Shown: positions 57,918-64,000 of the stretch, piece by piece
Numbering within the stretch: position 1 is the stretch's first letter
Layout: each line of letters starts with the position of its first letter
From: Blastocladiella emersonii ATCC 22665
Taxonomy: Eukaryota; Fungi; Blastocladiomycota
Assembly (NCBI GenBank): GCA_025594325.1
Contig: JANHCV010000009.1
Location: 930,001-994,000, forward strand
Direction of reading: 5' to 3'
DNA length: 64,000 bases
Translations under genes and position numbers: made by a program
The notes under the pieces: generated by a model
What the model was told of the DNA's origin: nothing
The model's input: only the letters and a program-made list of their open reading frames with translations
Database searches by the model: none

Positions 57918-60217
57918 ATGACCGACCGCGAAAGGCGCAAGCAGCAGGAGCAGCAGGAGCGCATCTTCAACGAGCTGCTGCGCGACGAGGCCAACCAGTA
58001 CTGCGCCGACTGTGGCGCGCGCGGTACGCCTCTTGGGTGTCTCCCTCACCCTCCATCGCTGACGATCTCCACCATCTAGGCCCCAAGTGGGCCAGCTGGA
58101 ACATTGGCGTCTTCCTGTGCATCAAGTGCGGCGGCGTCCACCGCAAGCTCGGCACCCACATCTCCAAGGTCAAGTCCATCACGCTCGACACCTGGACCCC
58201 GGAGCAGATCGACGTACGCTTATCCGCTCTTGGCTTCGCCGGATCGCGACTGACACTCGTACCCGCGCGCCGTAGAGCATCCGCAGCAAGGGCAACGCCC
58301 GCGCCAACAGCCTCTTCAACCCCAACGGCATCACGCCGCCGCGCAACCCCTCCGACTCGTACGCCGACGCGCGTCCGATCTGTCTGCGAGGCACATGTCC
58401 CTGACACGCGTCCCACGCGTGTAGCGACCTCGAGAACTACATCCGCGACAAGTACGAGCGCCAGTCGTTCATGAACGCGACGGGCCGCGCCACCTTCAAC
58501 GTACGCCCGCTTCCAGTCCGTCGACGCGTCCTCCTCGGTATCTGATCCGCCCGATCACATGTAGACCGGCGGCTACGGCGGCGGCGCCAGCAGCTCGTCG
58601 CACCAGCACAACCACGCCTCGCACGGCAGCGGTGGCGGCGTGACCCCCGGCGCCGCGAACCGGTGGGCCGGCGAGCTGCGCAGCCTGCACGACATGGGCT
58701 TCACGTACGACGCGTGGAACGTCAAGGCGCTGGAGCAGACCAAGGGCGACCTGCAGGCCGCAATTGACGTGATCATCGGCATGGGCCCGCCGCCCGCCTC
58801 GGCCCCGACGCCCAGCGTGGCCCCACCCCCGCGCGCGGCCCTCGACTCGCGCACCATCATGGCGGGCGCCAAGGTGACCATCGACGCGTCGGCGCCGGCG
58901 CTCCGCCAGCTCAAGGGCATGGGGTTCACGGACGAGAACCTGAACCTCGTCGCGCTGCAGAAGGCCGACGGCGACCTCGACGGCGCTATCACGCTGCTCA
59001 CGGACCGCGCGAGCGAGCTCAAGGCGTACGCGGCTGCCCACCCGACGTTCAACGCCACGGCGTATGCGCAGCAGTTCATGCAGCAGCAGCAGCAGCAGCA
59101 GCAGCACCAGAACCCGGGGTTCACGGGATACGGCGGAACGCAGCAGCCCCGCGCGACCACTTCCCCGTCGCCCGCCCTCGCACCTGCGCCCGCCCCCGCG
59201 CCCGCGCCGGCGAAACCGAAGAACGATCTCCTCGACCTGTTCGGCGATATCGGCGGCGACCCGTTCGCCGCGCCCGCGCCCGCACAGCCGTCGATGATGT
59301 CGATGCCGCCCGCTCAGGCGTCGCCGTTCGGCGCCATGGGCGGCATGGGGATGCCCGCCGGTAACCCGTTCGCCGCGATGCAGGCCCAGCAGCAGCCTCA
59401 GCAGGCAGCCAACCCGTTCGGCGCGCCCGCTCCCACCGCGGCCGCGCCCGCGAACCCGTTTGGCGATTTCGGCGCCGCCCCGCAGCAGCAGCAGCAGCAG
59501 GCCAAGACGGGCGGCGGTGGTGCGTCGGACATCCTGTCGCTGTACAACCAGCCGACGCCGCAGCAGCTCCAGCAGCAGCAGATGCAGCAGCAGATGATGA
59601 TGCAGCAGCAGCAGCAGGCCATGCTCATGCAGCAGCAGCAGCAGCAGCAGCAGCAGGCGGCCATGATGCAGCAGCAGTCGCGCGGGTTCGGCGGCGGCGC
59701 CGGGATGGGCGGCATGGGCATGGTCGACGCGGGCGCGTCGCCGTTCGGCGGCATGGGGTACACCGGCATGCAGCAGCCGCAGGGGATGGTGCCGACGGGC
59801 ATGTCGGCGGGCAGCAGCAGCGCCGGCGGCGGCATGGGCATGATGGGCGGCGCCATGGGCGGCATGGGTATGATGCAGCAGGGTGGCATGATGGGCATGG
59901 GCATGGGCGGCATGGGCGCGACTACGGCGGGCGGGAGCTACTCAACGGTATCCAGCGTACGACTCGCGGCTTCATCTCTCGCGAACCTCTACTGACCCAC
60001 GCTTCGCGTGTAGCCCTTCTCGGCCGCGCAGCAGCCCAAGGCGCCCGGTCCCGGGTCCGCGTTCTCGTCGACGGGCACGCCCAGCATGGGCGGGTTCGGC
60101 GCGCCCGCGGCCGCGCCCCAGCCCCAGGCGAACGACCCGTTCGCGGGCTTCGGCAACGTGTCGGCGTTCACGGCGCAGCAGCAGAAGCCGGCTGGGAGCT
60201 CGAACCCGTTCCTGTAG
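57918..60217 (+). CDS. ArfGAP with two UBA domains and a Gln/Met-rich NPF/DPF tail (Gts1/Ucp3/SMAP-like)
   Basis: [46 protein letters not shown]; UBA-like LHDMGF...AIDVI and LKGMGF...AITLL; several NPF/DPF motifs and DLLDLF; multiple GT-AG introns; ends NPFL*. Confidence 0.88.
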
Positions 60218-60334
60218 TCGACGGGAGCGGACTATATCGTGACTGTCTACATTGTGATTGCGAATACAGATATACTCCTCCAACTTGTCCGTCCGTCCGT
60301 CGCGCACCACCGCGCGCTCCCTCCTCGCCGTCGA

Positions 60335-62173
60335 CTACTCGCCGCGCATGGCCTTGCGCGCCATGACCTGGAACTCAAGCATCGCTTGGAACACCGCGTA
60401 CTTCCGCTCGTAGAACATCGTCAACCCCTCCTCCTCCCCCTTCACCCCCTCGCCCGTCGCCGGGTACACGACGCTCCCGGGCTTCGTGAGCGCGCGCATC
60501 GCGTCGCCCAGACTCGCATACTTGCCCGCGGCACTCGCGCCCAGTACCGCCGCACCGAGAACAACCGCCGCGTCCGGGTACCGCGGGCACACGAAGGGCA
60601 TCCGCGTCGCGTTCGCGTGCACCTGCACGTACAGGTGGTTGTGGGCGAGGCCGCCCGACAGGCACAGGTGCGTGAGGGAGTGGCCCGCGGTGTTGGCGGC
60701 GGTCACGATGTGACGCGTTTGGAGGGCGATGGATTGGAGCGTCGCGAGGTACAGGAGGGCGAGGGAGGGGAGCGAGGTGTCGAGGGACAGGCCGGAGATG
60801 ATGCCGCGCAGGGAAGGGTCGGAGATGGGCGACCGGTTGCCGTGGAAGTCCGGGTACACGTGGATGTCGGTCGTGAGTTGCTCTACGAGGGCGTCAAGGG
60901 GTTAGTGGGAGCGGTGGTGGGCGGGAGTGGTGGGTGGGAGTACCGGGCGGGACACCCTGCTCGTCAGCGAGCCGCTCGAGGACCGAGTGCAGGTACGCGT
61001 AGACGGACAGGTCCTTGGCCTTGGCGGCGGCGCGGGCCTCGGCGATGGCCGGGTGCGAGTCGAGGATGTGGTCGATCTAGTCCTACAGAGTCAGCGTAGT
61101 GCTCGGGATCGGGGATAACGAGCAAAAAGTACCAGCTTGCCCGAAGCGCTCTGGCCACCCTCCATGGCAAAGAAGCCGGGGAGCAGGACGCCCTCGTAGG
61201 GCCCCCACACGCCGGTGATCGGGATCGGGTCGCGCGACACGGCAATGTGGCAGCTCGAGGTGCCCGAGATCAGGGCGAGGTTGTGCTCGATCGGGCCGTC
61301 CGTGGCGAGCGTGGCTACCCAGTGGCGACGTGTCAGCACATGTCGCCCCCGCGAACATCAAAAAGACGTACCGATAGCGCCCGCATACGCGTCGATCATG
61401 GACACGCCGACGGCGACGCCCGTGTGCAGCCCGAGCTCGTCGGCGGCCTGGGGCGTGAGGTACCCGACAGCCCCACCGATCGCGCGCGTGTTATCGGTGA
61501 CGAGACTCTCACGCGTGATCTCCGTCAGCCCGATCATGTCAAACAAGTCCTGCTGGATCCCCGGCTCGCGGCCACCCATCCCGCGCGCCGAGACCTCGGG
61601 GACGTAGGTCCACTTGCACGCGAGCGAGCACTGGGACCGGTCGAGGCAGCCGGTCGCGCGCCACGAGAGAAAGTCGGGGAGGTCAAAGTAGTGCCGGGCG
61701 CGGGCGACGGTCGACTCGCGCCGGTGCGTCTGCAGCCACAGGAGTTTCGGGACCTGCATCTCGATCGAGATGGCGCCGCCCGTCGTGGCGAGGACCGGGT
61801 GGCCCGTCTCGTTGATTTTCTGGGTCTCGGCGCCCGCGCGGTGGTCCATCCACATGATGATGTTCCACTGGTCGTCGTCGGTCGGGGACACGGACACGGG
61901 CTGCATGTCCGCGTCGAGGGCGACCAGGCTGCACGTCGCGTCGAGCCCGAGCCCGCGCACCGTGGACGGGTCGATCTTGGCGTCGGCAACCGCGGCGCGG
62001 ACCGCGGAGCAGCACTGCGTCCAGATGTCGGCCGACGACTGCTCGTAGTAGTCGGTTTGCGGGGCGTGGATCGCGATGGCGCGCACGGCGGTCGCCAGGA
62101 TCCGGCCCGCGTCGTCGATCACGGACGCCCGCGCGGACGAGGTGCCGACGTCGATGCCGATGTAGTGCTCCAT
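60335..62173 (-). CDS. FGGY-family carbohydrate (pentulose/ribulo-) kinase, multi-exon
   Basis: YIGIDVGTSSARAS, GLGLDATCSLV, IIMWMDHRA, SIEMQVPKLLWL, FDLPDFLSW, IDAYAG, ALISGTSSCHI, EGGQSASG, MYPDFHGNRSP, LSGGLAHN. Confidence 0.9.
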
Positions 62174-62322
62174 GGTTTCTCTCTAGTGGGATTGGGGAGA
62201 GCGCGGACCGGATGCGGGCGGCGGGCGGCGACTTGAAGTTTGGAGGAGCACACGTGGGCGGCGTAGCTCGCTCAGCGACGCGACTTCCTTCCTCCCTCTA
62301 ACCCGCACACCTCATCTAAACC

Positions 62323-64000
62323 ATGAATCGATCCGTGGCAAGACGCCTACTCGCCGCAACGCTGGCACTGGCGTGGGCCGGGCTCGCGGCGGGCGCCGTG
62401 CAGCAGCAGGCCGCCATCACCACGGCGCTGTTCGCCGAGCGGCAGACGCTCGCGGACCTCGACGTGATTGCGTTCGGCGACGCTAACGGCGACAAGTTGT
62501 AAGGTCCTCTCTCTGTCCGATGCGATCGCTGGCGCGGAGACTGACCTCTGCGAGGAGTGTAGCGCCGACGTGTTCGCCCTTGACGAGCACCGCCACATCC
62601 TGTCGCTGCTCGTGTGGAACCCGAGTACGCCTGCCCGCACCCGCCCGACGCGCATCATCGCTGACCTGACGCGGTGTAGAGTCCAAAAAGTTCGAACTCC
62701 CAACGCCGCGCGTCGCCATCGACGTGAGCAGCTCGCCGGGGCACTACATCGCGACCGCGGTGCCCGGCGACTTTGACGGGACGGGGTCGCTCGACCTCCT
62801 CCTAACCCTCGCCAACGCGACCTCGGGCACGCTGAGCTACGACGTCGAGCTCGCGACCGGCGCCAACGGCACCTTCACGCGCGCCGCGCAACCCCTCATC
62901 ATGGGCATGCGCGACGCCGAGCCGACGCTCGCCGATGTATCGGGCCAGCTGATGCTCGACATTCTGGGGATCGCGCCGGGCAACGGGAACGAGACTGCGG
63001 GGCTCGCGCGGTGGCCCAACGTCGCCCTCACCACGCCCGTGACGCCGTTCGCCGCGACCCCCGTGCCCATGAACGCGTCGATGTGCGTCCCCGCGGCAGG
63101 CCACTCGAACGCGTTCGTCGACCTCGACGGCGACTGCTCCCCGGACCTGTTCCTGACGTGCGCCGACGGGTCGTTCCAGGTGTGGACGACGACGGCCGCG
63201 CGCGAGGTCGCTCCCATCCTGGAAAACGGGCGCGCCGCCGAGTTTGCGACCGCGTGGCGGCTCGTGCGCAAGGGAACGGTCCCGGCGGGCGCGGGCCCGA
63301 TCGCGTTCGCGGACATGGACGCCGACGGCACGCTCGACGCCGTGTTCACCGTGTGCGCGGGCGCGGCCCCGTGCGCCGTGCACGTCGTGTACAACCGGCA
63401 GATCCCGCTATGCGCTTCGTCTTCCGCCGATACGGGAGGGTGGAACGAGTGCCGCACGCTCGACGCCCTGTGCTCGGCGGACCCAGCGTTCCGGCTCGAT
63501 TTCGCGGCCGCACACGTCATCCCGCTGCCGGCGGGCAGCAACGCAGCAGCGGCGCGCGGCGCGTCGGACCTGAGCCGGCTGCGCGTCGGCGACCTCAACC
63601 TCGACGGGTACCCGGACCTGCTGTTCGTGTCGGGCGGCGCGCTCGAGATCCTCGAGAACGTGCCGTGCGTTCGCGGGCTCGCGGGGGGCAACTGCGCGGC
63701 GGCGGCAACGCTGTCGAGCGACCCGCGCGCGTTCGTCCCCGTCGCGCACGGGATCCCGCCGCACCGCGACCTGTTCGACGCGGCGTGGTTTGACCTGGAT
63801 GAGAATGGGTCGCTCGACGTGATGCTGCGGCTCGCTGACGGGAAGAGCACCCCGCGGACCGTCTTTTACGAGAACAAGCTCACGAATGACGCGTTTTTCA
63901 TCAAGACGGTGACGACGGGGGCCGCGGCGGCGGGGGCGGCCGCAGGGTGTGCGGGGCGCGGCGAGTGCCAGGTCCACGGCGTCAACGCGCTCGGGTCCAG
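62323..64000 (+). CDS. FG-GAP repeat protein, ITFG1/LINKIN (T-cell immunomodulatory protein)-like; runs off the window
   Basis: Signal-peptide-like N-terminus; repeats AFGDANGDK, PGDFDGTGSLDLL, FVDLDGDCSPDLFLTC, FADMDADGTLDAVF, VGDLNLDGYPDLLF, FDLDENGSLDV; NDAFFIKT. Confidence 0.8.

Overview
Eukaryotic, GC-rich genomic DNA with short GT..(CTRAC)..AG spliceosomal introns; gene content suggests a fungus, probably an early-diverging zoosporic lineage (inference). Conserved genes: tandem-Tudor/BRCT checkpoint mediator (Rad9/Crb2/53BP1 type), SAM-domain Bck1/Mkh1-type MAPKKK, ceramide glucosyltransferase, threonine dehydratase, ArfGAP-UBA protein, FGGY kinase, ITFG1/LINKIN-like protein. Between them lie two fast-evolving accessory islands. 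Island 1 (2.5-23 kb) has two BTB paralogs and a five-copy tandem array of F-box-like proteins with an unrecognised Cys-containing C-terminal domain; a 5.3-kb Pack-MULE-like element (100-bp TIRs, 10-bp TSD) interrupts it. Island 2 (32.9-55 kb) is a five-copy array of an intronless family I cannot assign. A ~13-kb block interrupts it, containing an 8.3-kb KDZ (Kyakuja-Dileera-Zisupton-type) transposon with TIRs, an 8-9-bp TSD and a Gln-rich cargo gene, next to a decayed Plavaka-type transposase. A ~35-bp non-coding motif recurs downstream of stop codons in both unrelated arrays. All domain calls are from motif recognition by eye; no searches were run.
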